This document shows, piece by piece, positions 34,080 through 44,270 of a DNA stretch of 64,000 nucleotides (positions are counted from its first letter, which is position 1; every line of letters starts with the position of its first letter). Below the pieces are notes generated by a model. That model was not told the DNA's origin. It saw nothing but the letters and a program-made list of their open reading frames with translations, and did no database searches. Source of the stretch: an uncultured delta proteobacterium (GTDB lineage: Bacteria; Desulfobacterota; Binatia; UBA9968); the NCBI GenBank assembly GCA_963847445.1, contig CAWJZV010000030.1:480001-544000 (forward strand), read 5' to 3'. The position numbers and the translations under genes are program-made.

Positions 34080-34844
34080 CTAACGAGCCGCGACACCTTC
34101 ACCCTTGAGCCAATCGTAACCTTTACTTTCCAACTCAAACGCCAGTTCTTTGGTGCCCGACTTGACGATCCGGCCGTTGTACAGAACATGAATGAAGTCG
34201 GGAACGATATAATCGAGCAGCCGTTGATAGTGGGTGATCACGATCATGGCGCGGTTGGGGCTGCGCAGCGCATTGACGCCGCCGGCGATGACCCGCAGGG
34301 CGTCGATATCCAATCCCGAGTCGGTTTCGTCGAGCAGCGCGAGCGTCGGATCGAGCACCGCCATTTGTAAAATTTCATTGCGCTTCTTTTCGCCGCCGGA
34401 AAACCCCTCGTTGAGCGGCCGGTTGAGCAGGGTTTGACTCATCTCCACCAGACTCATCTTGTCCTTGATCAAGCTGAGAAACTCCATGGCGTCGAGTTCG
34501 TCCAGGCCACGGTGTTTACGCACGGCGTTGAGCGCCGCCTTGAGAAAATAGGTCGTCGAGACGCCGGGAATTTCGATGGGATATTGAAACGCCAGGAAAA
34601 TCCCTTCGCGCGCCCGGATCTCCGGCGCCATCGCCAACAAATCTTTCCCTTGATAGGTCACGGTGCCGGCGGTGACTTCATAGGCTTCCCGCCCTGCGAG
34701 AACATGGGCTAAAGTGCTCTTGCCCGAAGCGTTGGGCCCCATGATCGCGTGCACCTCGCCGGCGCCGACATGCAGATCGATGCCGCGCAGGATTTCCTTA
34801 TCGCCGACTTTGGCGTGCAAGTTTTTGATATCTAACATTGGCAA
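34080..34844 (-). CDS. sufC: Fe-S cluster assembly ATPase
   Basis: MGPNASGKSTL, FLAFQYPIEIPGV, GFSGGEKKR, DETDSGLDID. Confidence 0.97.
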   Translation of the reverse strand: MPMLDIKNLHAKVGDKEILRGIDLHVGAGEVHAIMGPNASGKSTLAHVLAGREAYEVTAGTVTYQGKDLLAMAPEIRAREGIFLAFQYPIEIPGVSTTYFLKAALNAVRKHRGLDELDAMEFLSLIKDKMSLVEMSQTLLNRPLNEGFSGGEKKRNEILQMAVLDPTLALLDETDSGLDIDALRVIAGGVNALRSPNRAMIVITHYQRLLDYIVPDFIHVLYNGRIVKSGTKELAFELESKGYDWLKGEGVAAR

Positions 34845-34851
34845 TCCTTAT

Positions 34852-35352
34852 CTAAATAACTAAACAGCTCTTCTGCATTGGCGCTTTGAGCATGCGCCCC
34901 TTCAAGCCCTGGCGATCGGCGATGTCGGCGATGGTCACGCCGGCGAGAAAGTTGGCGAGCACCGATTGCGCCTCTTGCCAGATCGACTTTTGCGTGCACA
35001 CCGCGCAGTAGGAACAATAGTTCGCGCCCTGTTCGAGACACTCCATCAACACCAACGGCCGCTCCACCGTCTCGTAAATATCTTTAATGGTAATCGCCGC
35101 GGATGTCTTAGCCAGAGTGAAGCCACCCTTGGAACCGATATGCGACCGCACCAAACCGCCGGCGACCAGATCCTTCATGATCTTGGACAGATAAAAGGAT
35201 GGAATATCCTGGCTCCTCTCGATCTCGGTGCGGCTGACGATCGCCCCGGCCGGCTGCCCAGCCAGAAATGACAACGCCCGCACGGCGTAATCGACCCGCC
35301 GTCCGACGTTCATCAACGAACTGCGTTCGCTTTTGGGCTTGCCGCGTTTCAC
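34852..35352 (-). CDS. Rrf2 family transcriptional regulator (Cys-rich, probably Fe-S binding)
   Basis: DYAVRAL, YLSKIM..L...GLV.S..G..GGF.L, C-terminal CLE....C..C..C. Confidence 0.9.
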   Translation of the reverse strand: MKRGKPKSERSSLMNVGRRVDYAVRALSFLAGQPAGAIVSRTEIERSQDIPSFYLSKIMKDLVAGGLVRSHIGSKGGFTLAKTSAAITIKDIYETVERPLVLMECLEQGANYCSYCAVCTQKSIWQEAQSVLANFLAGVTIADIADRQGLKGRMLKAPMQKSCLVI

Positions 35353-35358
35353 ATTTTA

Positions 35359-35388
35359 AATATAGACTCGTTAGGTCTACTATGTCAA
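35359..35388 (-). promoter_or_regulatory. Sigma70-like promoter overlapped by a palindromic operator (probable Rrf2 site)
   Basis: Minus strand TTGACA-N18-TATATT; palindrome TAGAC-N7-GTCTA at 35363-35379 lies in the spacer. Confidence 0.6.
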
Positions 35389-35862
35389 GGTAGCTTGCGC
35401 GGCGTCGATCGCGCTGGTGATTTCACGGTGAACGCTGAAGCGCGACAGCAACAGCTGGAGAGCAGCAATCGCCGCCCGCGCCGGCGAAAAGGGCGTCGAT
35501 CGGATGATGAAATTGTTGGGCAATTAGTTAGGACGCGCTGCCTGCGGCTGCGAAAGTCATTTAGACGGCAGATACAACGGTTGGCGCGCGAAATCGGTAT
35601 GTCTTAGAGCGTCCGTTTCAGTGCAAAAAACGATCGCTAAGCCTTCAAGCTACGCAATTTCTGCAATCTTCTATCGCTGATTCAATAGCTCGCGCTGGTC
35701 CGACCCCGGGATGACCCTGGTGCGGGAAGCAGCTGATTCAGATCAGGGCCCTCCGGCGGGGATCGATGGGTGAGACGTTTCTGAGGCATTCATTGACGGT
35801 TTGCTCGGGGCTTGCGAGTCATTTCCAAGGCATTGCCGGCCGTCATCGTCCGACGGCGAACT

Positions 35863-36081
35863 TCAGCTTCCTCCTAACGGAATCTCGATGGTTTTTCGGT
35901 CGTGCTTCAAAAAGTTAAAGAATGGCAAATCCGATAACATTCCCTTTTGCTGTCGATGCGCTCGTAAACGTCCGGGACTTATGGTTCGGAACGATCCCTT
36001 GACGTTTAGGAAGGTCGACCTCAAGGAAGTCACCTTCTTCGTCAAACCACACCCTTAACCGCGCTGCTTTTTGGCAAGCCA
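35863..36081 (-). pseudogene. DUF2283-like small protein, frameshifted
   Basis: Joined frames read RLRVWFDEEGDFLEV...KGSFRTI...GNVIGFAI..FLK, the typical DUF2283 pattern. Confidence 0.55.
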
Positions 36082-36293
36082 CTATGCCCTTCGTCTTCGC
36101 GCAATCAACTTCGCTCCGTCCACAACTGGGAGTCGCCGGCAGTGTTTTGAAACTCCCGAACCGCTCCGCCGTCTTCGTCCGTCGAGCGGTCGTGGAATCA
36201 TTATGCAGCCAGCCATGTCCGATCAAATGTGGCGCGAGTCGTTGCCACCTCAAACCGGACGAACCTGTAGACTCCCCGACCCCTTTGCGATGG

Positions 36294-37391
36294 CTAATTG
36301 AGCCTTGCCCCACCATGCAACGCCTGTGCGGCGGCGTATTCCTTGGAAAGGTCGAATCCTATGTCCGTATCCAGGGCGATGGACTTGAACGCTACGTACA
36401 TGAGGCACACTAAGTGGAGCCCGCTGAAATTTCCCGCAAGGCTCTTCAGTTGATATTTTGGCGTGGAATCGTTGGTATCCAGACCGCGTTGTCCCGTTGC
36501 CGCGATTTCGAAACCGATCTGTTGCACCTCCGCGCGCGGCATCTTGGCAAATGTTTCCAATGCGCCAAGGCAATACATCACGGCGTCCGGACGTGGCATT
36601 CCTGGTGTATGCCTTTTGAAGCTCTGTTCGGCCATCTTTCGCAAGGCATCCTGCGCGGCGTCGGCGATTTTGCTGTATTCATCAAGATCGATAACTTTTT
36701 TGTACGCGTCATGAGCGTCTTTGGTGCGTCCTAAAGCGACCAGGACCTCGGCCAGGCCGAACACCGCCGCCTGGTCTCTTGGTGCGAGCATTACCGCCTG
36801 CCGAAGATGTTCTTCCGCCTCCTCTGACCGGCCAGCCTTGAAGAGACAAGCGCCAAGATTCCGCTGTGCCCAGGGATTTTCTGGATCTCTTCGCACCGCC
36901 TCATTGAGAACGGCAATCGCTTCCGTATTGTTCCCCTGCCTTTGCAGCGCAACTCCGAGAGCAATCCTCGCGTTGGTGAAATCGGCAACCAAATTGACGG
37001 CTGTACGCAGATGCTCCTGGGCTTCGGCCAATTGTCCCATGTCGCTGAGCGCCATGCCGAGATTGTACATGATGTTTACGTCTGTCGGTTTATCGCTCAA
37101 GAACAGTCTCAATAGTGTGACGGCTCCCGCGTACTCGCCGCGCTTGAGTTTTTCGACGACTTGCGCCAGAGCATCGGGCGACTGGCGATCAGGTGTCCAA
37201 CTTATCTCGATAGTCTGGTCGCTAACTTCGACCGAATGCCAGCCGCCGATGGCCTGAAAATCCGCGGTCAGATAAGCTTTTACTGAGTCTCGGAAAAGTG
37301 CAGTACCGCGCTGGCGCGCCTCGCTGGGCAAAAGTGAAAGATCGAAGTCCTCCGTTGCCAAGGTAAATTTCACCACATTCGGTTCGGTCAT
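36294..37391 (-). CDS. Tetratricopeptide repeat protein with unannotated N- and C-terminal domains
   Basis: 4-5 TPR motifs (YNLGMAL, IALGVAL, RNLGACL, FGLAEVL). Confidence 0.85.
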   Translation of the reverse strand: MTEPNVVKFTLATEDFDLSLLPSEARQRGTALFRDSVKAYLTADFQAIGGWHSVEVSDQTIEISWTPDRQSPDALAQVVEKLKRGEYAGAVTLLRLFLSDKPTDVNIMYNLGMALSDMGQLAEAQEHLRTAVNLVADFTNARIALGVALQRQGNNTEAIAVLNEAVRRDPENPWAQRNLGACLFKAGRSEEAEEHLRQAVMLAPRDQAAVFGLAEVLVALGRTKDAHDAYKKVIDLDEYSKIADAAQDALRKMAEQSFKRHTPGMPRPDAVMYCLGALETFAKMPRAEVQQIGFEIAATGQRGLDTNDSTPKYQLKSLAGNFSGLHLVCLMYVAFKSIALDTDIGFDLSKEYAAAQALHGGARLN

Positions 37392-37446
37392 AATGAAAGT
37401 TTTATAGCCTGGGTGCTGGAATATAGGAAGAGACCCGTCTGGGTCT

Positions 37447-38248
37447 TCAGGAGTGGCTTGGCGGGTTATAGGGACGCCACTGATACCAACCCGTAAGACC
37501 TAACTGTTTGCTCCAGAGATCGATGAGCTGGCAATCCGCGGAAGCATCATCGGGCACTTCGTCTAGAGCCCGCAGGAGTTCCTCGCCAGCTTTGGCAAAA
37601 CCAGCCGCTTTATAGGGGAGCGAAAGCCTTGGATCGGCAAGATGGCTGGCCCAGAACTCGGCGAACGCAGCGTTCATCGTCAGGTTGGCGTTAAGGACCT
37701 TTGTGGCAGCAATCTTCTTGATCTCCGGACTAAGTACCTGCAAGTTTTCTTGCAATTGCTGCATTGCCGCCTTCTGTTGAAGTTCAGAAAGCTCCGGATA
37801 CTCGCGCATGATCCACGAGTCGACGCGAAAGCCAATCGGAATGGATCTCAGCTGGGTCATGAGTCCGTCGAAAAGTTGATCGCGCAGCGTTGCAATGCTT
37901 TCTGGAGGCAATTTCAATTTTGTTCCCGGCCCGTCAGGCGCGGTAAGAAGCTGGTAAACGATCTGTCTACCCTCAACCGTGCCCGCGAAATCGAACCGGT
38001 CAGCAGCGGCAATGCTAAACAGCCGCAGGATAAAGCCGCACTGAAAGCAGATTAAATAATCCGGCTCGCCAACCGCCGAGGGGTTGAATGAAATCAAGTG
38101 AATTTTGTTCGCGCCGCGCGCGATGCGTGCAGCCGCCAAAGTTTTGAGCGAAGCTGTCCTCGCTGACGACGACCGGACAGCCGCTCGCGTCTTCAACTAG
38201 TTTAATGACGGTGCGGGTTACTTCTCGAAGTGTCATGGAATGTACCAT
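37447..38248 (-). CDS. Hypothetical protein (one indel near the start), partner of the TPR gene
   Basis: ORFs 38015..38248 and 37447..38196 join at VVVSEDS/SLKTLAA; co-oriented, 55 bp upstream of the TPR gene. Confidence 0.7.
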
Positions 38249-38498
38249 ACCATAATCTAAACAAGCGCAAACTGCATCTTGTATGCCTGCGTCTGGATTA
38301 GAAGGTTGGACAATATGTTTAGCCGAAAGCGAATCGACAAAGCAGGCTGGTCGATCAAATCTACGCGTTGGCCGGGGTTTTCAAAAAGTGGAGCTGAGCC
38401 TCGAAAATACGCATTTCTCAGCACTGGGAAAGACGTCAAAAGTTAAGACCTCAATCTCACCCTTCACTGACCCTCAATCTTCCTTTCACTCTGTCTTG

Positions 38499-39423
38499 TC
38501 ATCGCCGGAACACTATTTCGGAATGCCACTCCAGGAACTCGCGGTTTGGTTTGGATTCAGCGTTATTCGGTAACCAGATCGTGTTCCCGCTCATACGAAA
38601 ATATTCTTCACCGTTGTTGAAGTCGTCTTTAAGACGATGACTGGCTCGGAACTTGTAGTCGGGCGTGACCGTTACATAGCCTTTGTCGAATAGCCTGTGG
38701 ATATCGGAGCGAAAAAGGACACCGTTGTCTACACGATGCTTGCCTTCTTCGGTCACGGGCCTAATGTGTGCTGCGTCGAGTGCGGAAGGGCCTTCTCCCC
38801 GGTAATAGCGCAACGACGTTGATAGGCATCGGTCACGAGGATGCGGAAAGCGCCCTGACCGAGCCGTTGTCTGATAGAGATGGGGTCACTCCACATGACA
38901 GTACCGTCGCCGACTTGAAACTGCACGACTGGTTGAGATGCCAACCCCATTTGGATCGCATTCCATAGGTCTTTTCCCGTTCCGGAACCAATATCGTACG
39001 TTTTGCCTTGGACAATGTTCAAAGAAAAGTCTTTCGGAATTGGAATCCACTCGTTACGTAAAAGGAAGAAAGGCTGCTGTAGGAGGATACAACCGATCTC
39101 AAAATCTTCCCTAGCGTCTGCCTTGGAACCACGATACTTCAAAATCTTTGATCGCATTTCGCCGAACGTGCTGGTTCCATTTTTTTCGCCGAACGCCTCC
39201 CACGCCAAACTCACAGGCAGGATTGAAGAGTGAGTAAAGAGACCCGCCGCCCACGATGAAGTTCTGCGGGCTGTGCAATTTGAAAGAAAAAAGCTCCCCA
39301 GGCCCGAGACTTTGGAAGCGTTGTTTCCCGCCCGGCTGCCAGAAATTCACCTCGTCAACATTGACGAGTTTACTTAGAGAAGCGATGCCAGTCGTTGTCT
39401 GTTACGCCGACATAGATTTTCAT
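38499..39423 (-). CDS. HNH endonuclease (putative restriction endonuclease), several indels
   Basis: MKIYVGVTDNDW...EVNFWQPGG N-terminal domain; RLGQGAFR..V..AY..RCAITG, LDAAHIRP, NG.L.RSDIHRLFD.G, FLEWH. Confidence 0.85.
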
Positions 39424-39562
39424 GACATAAATGCTTGTTAGCTAGACACCGCCGTAGCCTAGGCTCGCGCGCCAATTAGGACCGGTTTAGTTGTATGGTA
39501 ATTTTAATTTATAGAACCCTCGCACCGAGATGTGTTGGACATTCGGCGATACCGCTTGCCAC

Positions 39563-42019
39563 TCAAATCGTTTCTGGTAGGAGAGCAACCAACTCTGCAA
39601 TGACTTGTACGGTGCCGCGGGTGTTTGGCTCAAATACTAGTTGCCGAAAACTGGAGTCATCGCTATCTGGCACTAAAATTATTCTCTCGTGTCGCCACTC
39701 TTCCTGCTCTGAGAAAACCTTCTCGCTCTTATAGATCTTTACGGTGTAAGACCCGCCCAGTTCCGGATCGTGAATATCCCGATGCTGGGCCACAACAATC
39801 TTACCCTGCCGCGTCCCTGTTGGATTAGTCCTGAGTAAACACCAGGAGCCGTTGGGAATTCTGCGATTCATCGATTCGCCAATGACTTGAGCGACAAACA
39901 ATCCCGGCCTTGGTCTGAAGAGATCGGGAAGTTCTACCCATTCGACTTCATCGGGATCAATCGATTGCGTTTCACTGAACGTGCCAGCGGCGAACTTGAG
40001 ATCGACGAGTGGCACCGCATTGTCGTAACGTTTCACTTCAGACAAGGGAAGCTTTCGAAACGGAAAATTACGCGAGTTAGAAACAGAAGACTGCTTAGGT
40101 TGCGGCAGGGGTTCCTTCACGACTCGAGGTTGCAACCCTAAACCTTCCGTTCGACTGCGAACGAAGCGCTCCGTGTCCTTATCCATGAAGTGCACATAGC
40201 AGCCCTTGAGGCCGCGCGACAACAGCACACGGTACGTGTTCTTAACTAGGTCGGTGAACTGATCGCCGCCCTTCTTTACGACAGTGTCGTGTGACTTGTC
40301 TTTCTGGCCGCGCCAAGCTCCCCGATCCAGATTGTACACGAGGTCTGGGTCCCCAGATTACGCCGACGTAATCGAATTCAAACCCTTGTGCCGTATATAC
40401 ACACCCCACTTGATCGATACCGCGTGGGTCGTAGGCCCAAAGAACTTCCGGAGGAATGCCGGGTTTGAGACGTTTAGCCTCCGAACGAGCATTCCAAGGG
40501 CGTCTTAAAGTCGCCTATTACAACGTCATTGATGAGCGAACCGTCAGGCGTCGTCTCCGTAGACCAGGGCCAACAGAAACCGGCAACCAATCTTGCGCTG
40601 TGGCCAGTTTCACTGAACGAGCGTATTCGACGGTCGAGTTCTTCGGGAGAGCTGACGATTTGGAACTCAAATGTCTCGTTTCGCTGATCCCATATTGGTG
40701 TGGCCGTCTCTTCAACGCCAAGACTATTGTCTATCCAATTTACGAAACCACTGGAGCCCGCACAACGAAACTGTGCTTCCAGCTTGTGCTCTTCGAGCGA
40801 ACAGCCGTTGCGCCCGGCATAGTCCCGAATTAAATCGCTGGCACCCACTTCTCCAGGTCGCACGATCTGACGGTCATCAATGAAGAGACACCACCGTCTT
40901 TGAAGCGTCGATTAGCTCCTGTATTTGTGTCTTCGAAGACTTCTTCTCTTTCCGTGTAAAGCGATGATTGCTTGATGACCGGATGCGGTGCGACTCATCG
41001 CAAATGAGCGCATCTACTGACGACGGATCTGCGCTACCGTATTGGTTGAAATAGCGAAATTGCTGACCCGCTCTACGACCTACGATTTTCTGTAAGGTCT
41101 TAGTGAATGCGCGCGAACCCGTTACGTACTGAGCATTAAACCCCTTGCCTGAAAGTTCGCTCATCAAATTGATAGCAAGCACGGACTTGCCTGTACCTGG
41201 GCCGCCTTTAATTAAGAGAAACCGCCTTCCTTCTCTGTGCTATACCTTTCTTCACACTCGCCAGGATTCGGCTGTACACGACCTGTTGCTCGTATCGAAT
41301 AGCACGAAGCGAGGTTCACACTTGATGACACCAGAGACGTGGTCGAGCAAACGCTTGCTGGGCCTGAATCGACTTTGCTCCACCCGAGCCAAGACCGGCA
41401 TTCCTTGTCCATTCTCTAGTCTCATCTCCAAATAGGTGACGAGATCGCCCACTGAATCAGCATCGAACAATGGTGTGATGCCGCGGATGTCATCGAACTT
41501 CGGAGACTTGATGGGATCATCAGCAGTAGACACGTAGTTGTGAAGGTACGCACACGCAGCGAGTTGCACTGGCTCTTTCTCGTAGAAAGCCTCGTGCATG
41601 TCCAGAAGATATCGACGATATTGGTTGGCTTGCATCGACGGATGTAGAACGTCGCGCTCAGCGCCCCCTAGGTAAGTGCGCACCAAGCCCTCGCCTTCGG
41701 TAGCTTCGGATTTATCCCATTGCTTCAGTTCCACAATGACGGCAGAGTCCCGACTATAGCTGTCGTGTCCAGTAATCATGCAATCGAGACGTTTGGAAGT
41801 CAGAGGCAGTTGATACTCAAGAATTACGCCGTGGTCATTTAGATCGGCCTCTGTAAACACTTGAGCCAGGGCACGGAGCGATTCCTGCCATGATCGAATT
41901 TCAGACGGAGGTGGATCGTAACGAAACTGACTGCGGAACGCCACCTTCAGCTTGTCAGCAATCTGGTTGTGCGTTGAGTCCCGAACGAAGTCGGGGGACA
42001 TTCCTGCGTAGAGACGCAT
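39563..42019 (-). CDS. DUF2075 (Schlafen group 3 helicase-like) protein with N-terminal PD-(D/E)XK-like domain and C-terminal S24 peptidase; several indels
   Basis: EY...KRLD...IVELKQW; Walker A GGPGTGKS; ICDESHR; LEAQFRCAGS; ARLVAGFCWPW; YTAQGFEFDY; KNTYRVLLSRG; S24 motifs AAG, GESM, TVK. Confidence 0.85.
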
Positions 42020-42020
42020 G

Positions 42021-42372
42021 TCAGAGTTCCTGTGTACTTCTTGTTCGATCCCCGGGCTTTCTCTACGGGGTACTTCTTTGCGTTGTGAACAATTTTGTCT
42101 CGTGCCGCCGCAATCAGATCGACATCGAGCTTGTCAGCCAATCGCACTAGGTAAATTAAAACGTCGGCGATTTCATCTTTGACTTTGGCCTTCTGCTCGT
42201 CGGAAAGGCCCTTGCTTTGCTCTTCCGTGAGCCACTGAAACTGCTCTAGCAACTCGCCAGCTTCCACTGTCAACGCGGATGCGAGGTTTTTCGGCGAGTG
42301 AAACTGATCCCAGTCTCTATCTTCGGCGAATTTGCGGATCGCCAAACGCAGCGCGTCTATTTCATTGTCCAT
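42021..42372 (-). CDS. MazG-like nucleotide pyrophosphohydrolase (DCTPP1/RS21-C6 type)
   Basis: F...RDWDQFHSPKNLA.AL.VEAGELLE.FQW, DEIADV..YL, N.KKYP; probable true end KKYTEL* after a 1-nt correction. Confidence 0.9.
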
Positions 42373-42550
42373 TTTGGTTCACGCTAAGAAATATTGGGTT
42401 GATATTCAGCTTCATTCGGGGTAGAGGCACTGATTCGGCGCGCTGCATTCAAAACATTAGACTGCTAACTGCGCTGGGACAGCTCAGCTTAAATTTTCGT
42501 CACTCTACTGGAATCGCGGGGGAGGTGGCAAGGGTTTCTTAAAACAACCC

Positions 42551-42872
42551 GGTTCCAATAGTTCCAGTCGTTCCAAACGTTCCATCGCTGCGCTTCGTTC
42601 AAAACATTTAAAGATCGATCCGTTCAAATCGTTCAAGCCGTTCAACCGCTTCGCTCCGTTCAAAACGTTATCCGATTAAGATTAAGCTTCGTTCAAAGGT
42701 TCAAAGGTTCAAGGCATTTAAAGATCGGGCCGTTCCAATAGTTCCAATCGTTCCAAACGTTCCATCGCTTTGCTCCGTTCAAGTCGTTAACCGACAAGGA
42801 TTGTTCAAGGTTCAAGGCATTTAAAGATCGGGCGGTTCCAATAGTTCCAGTCGTTCCAGAGGTTCCAGCGGT
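42551..42872 (+). repeat. GTTC(A/C)A mosaic repeat block 1
   Basis: GTTC every 7-9 nt; units GGTTCAAGGCATTTAAAGATCGG (42706, 42809), GTTCCAATAGTTCCAGTCGTTCCA and CCGTTCAACCGCTTCGCTCCGTTCAA...ATTAAGATTAAGCTTCGTTCAA. Confidence 0.9.
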
Positions 42873-43008
42873 TATCGTTTAAAAAGCCTGCCCCTGAGAT
42901 TGCCGAAGGGTTTAACCCATTACTTCGACGCGGTTCCCTGTGCTCGGGGCTGCGTTCCAGGCAAAACGTTAAATCCGAGCTAGCTCAGTGGCTCAGGGAG
43001 GATTTTAG

Positions 43009-43264
43009 TTATCGATAGACTTCTCGGCGGTGCCGAACCCGGAAAATTTTAACCTGTTTGCGCGCGTCATCGATTTCATAAACGACCCGATAGTCGCCGA
43101 TCCGTATTCGCCAGTCGTTCTTGGATCCGGCAAGTTTGTGACATCCAGTTGGCCGTGGATTATCGGCAAGCGCCTTAATGCGAGGCAGGATACGATCAAA
43201 GAGAGCGGTGGGTAGAGATTTGAGGTTCGCGCTCGGCGGTCCGTTCTATAAGAACGTCATACAC
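43009..43264 (-). CDS. relE: RelE/ParE family toxin (one indel near 43226)
   Basis: Manual translation: YDVLIERTAERDLKSL...LADNPRPTGCHKLAGSKNDWRIRIGDYRVVYEIDD...RVRHRREVYR*. Confidence 0.85.
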
Positions 43265-43463
43265 CAGCGGGGTCCTTTAAAAAGTCGTCGAGCTTGCGAA
43301 ACTTCAGCGGTTTTTTCCGCATGGCTTTGAGCGTTTTGAGGTCTTGGGCATCCTCGGCTTGTTCGAGCAGCTTGCGATACTCCTCGATGCCGAGGATGAC
43401 GGCGGTCGGCTTTCCTCCGCGCATCACGATCTCAGGATTTTTTCGCGTTCGTCGTGCTTTCAT
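43257..43463 (-). CDS. Phd/YefM-like antitoxin
   Basis: RGGKPTAVILGIEEYRKLLE..ED..D; overlaps the toxin start. Confidence 0.8.
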   Translation of the reverse strand: MKARRTRKNPEIVMRGGKPTAVILGIEEYRKLLEQAEDAQDLKTLKAMRKKPLKFRKLDDFLKDPAGV

Positions 43464-43562
43464 TGGAACTCACCTCGCTGGCCACCAAAGATTATCATTG
43501 GCCCCTTATCTCTGCAATTGACTCTACGACTAGAAAAATTTGCTCGGCACACCGCGCGACCC

Positions 43563-43752
43563 CGGTTCCAGATGTTCCAGGTCAGGTTTAAAGATCGGAC
43601 CGTTCAAGGGTTCCAGTCGTTCAAACGTTCAAGGTCAGAATGGGCTTCGTTCAAAACATGAACTGACTAGGACGCGTTCTAGGTTCAAGGTTCAAGGGTT
43701 AAACGATCAGGCCCGTTCCAATAGTTCCAGCCGTTCCAAAGGTTCCAGCGGT
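43563..43752 (+). repeat. GTTC(A/C)A mosaic repeat block 2
   Basis: TTTAAAGATCGGACCGTTCAA and CCGTTCCAATAGTTCCAGCCGTTCCAAAGGTTCCAGCGG. Confidence 0.9.
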
Positions 43753-43795
43753 TAATTTCCGCTGATGGTTAATTATTAATAGGTATTAAATCAAC

Positions 43796-44077
43796 TTAGG
43801 CGACGCGAGAGACTTTAATTTTGTCAGCGTATTTTTCTGCCTGGGCGAGGTCATAGGCCGCCTGGAGTCGGAGCCACGTTTCAGCGCCGCCACCGAAAGC
43901 TTTGTCGAGCCGGATCGCCATCTCTGGGGAGATCGCCGCTTTACCGTTGACCAGGTTGTTTAGCGCCTGCCTTGTGACGCCAAGGATTTTCGCTCCCTGG
44001 GTCACCGAAATACCCAGCGCCTCAAGGCAATCGCAGCGAACCGACAATCCAGGGTGCGGCGGATTTTTCATGGACAT
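43796..44077 (-). CDS. higA: HigA family antitoxin
   Basis: [37 protein letters not shown]...E.WL.LQ..YDL. Confidence 0.95.
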   Translation of the reverse strand: MSMKNPPHPGLSVRCDCLEALGISVTQGAKILGVTRQALNNLVNGKAAISPEMAIRLDKAFGGGAETWLRLQAAYDLAQAEKYADKIKVSRVA

Positions 44078-44089
44078 GTATGTGCTCTC

Positions 44090-44270
44090 CTAATGATAGT
44101 CGACGAGATCTACGTCGTACGCATTGCCGTTACCGAAACGAAAGATGATGCGCCAATTGCCCGACACCGAGACCGCCCAGAAGCCCTTAAGACCGCCCTT
44201 GAGCGGATGCAGTCCAAAGGCGGGCAACGCCATGTGCTTGATATCCGTAGCCTCATCCAGCCGAGCCAGG
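44090..44270 (-). pseudogene. higB: HigB toxin lacking its N-terminal third
   Basis: Manual translation LARLDEATDIKHMALPAFGLHPLKGGLKGFWAVSVSGNWRIIFRF...DVDLVDYH*; an in-frame TGA and repeat block 3 lie immediately upstream. Confidence 0.85.

Noticed and set aside
35400-35860. Possible ncRNA or riboswitch between the Rrf2 gene and the island
   Set aside because: GC-rich with only weak pairing; no tRNA, SRP, tmRNA or riboswitch consensus recognised. An Rfam scan would be needed.
41947-42372. MazG C-terminal extension overlapping the helicase gene
   Set aside because: Removing one G gives the ending KKYTEL* at 42021, just before the next ATG; likely an indel.
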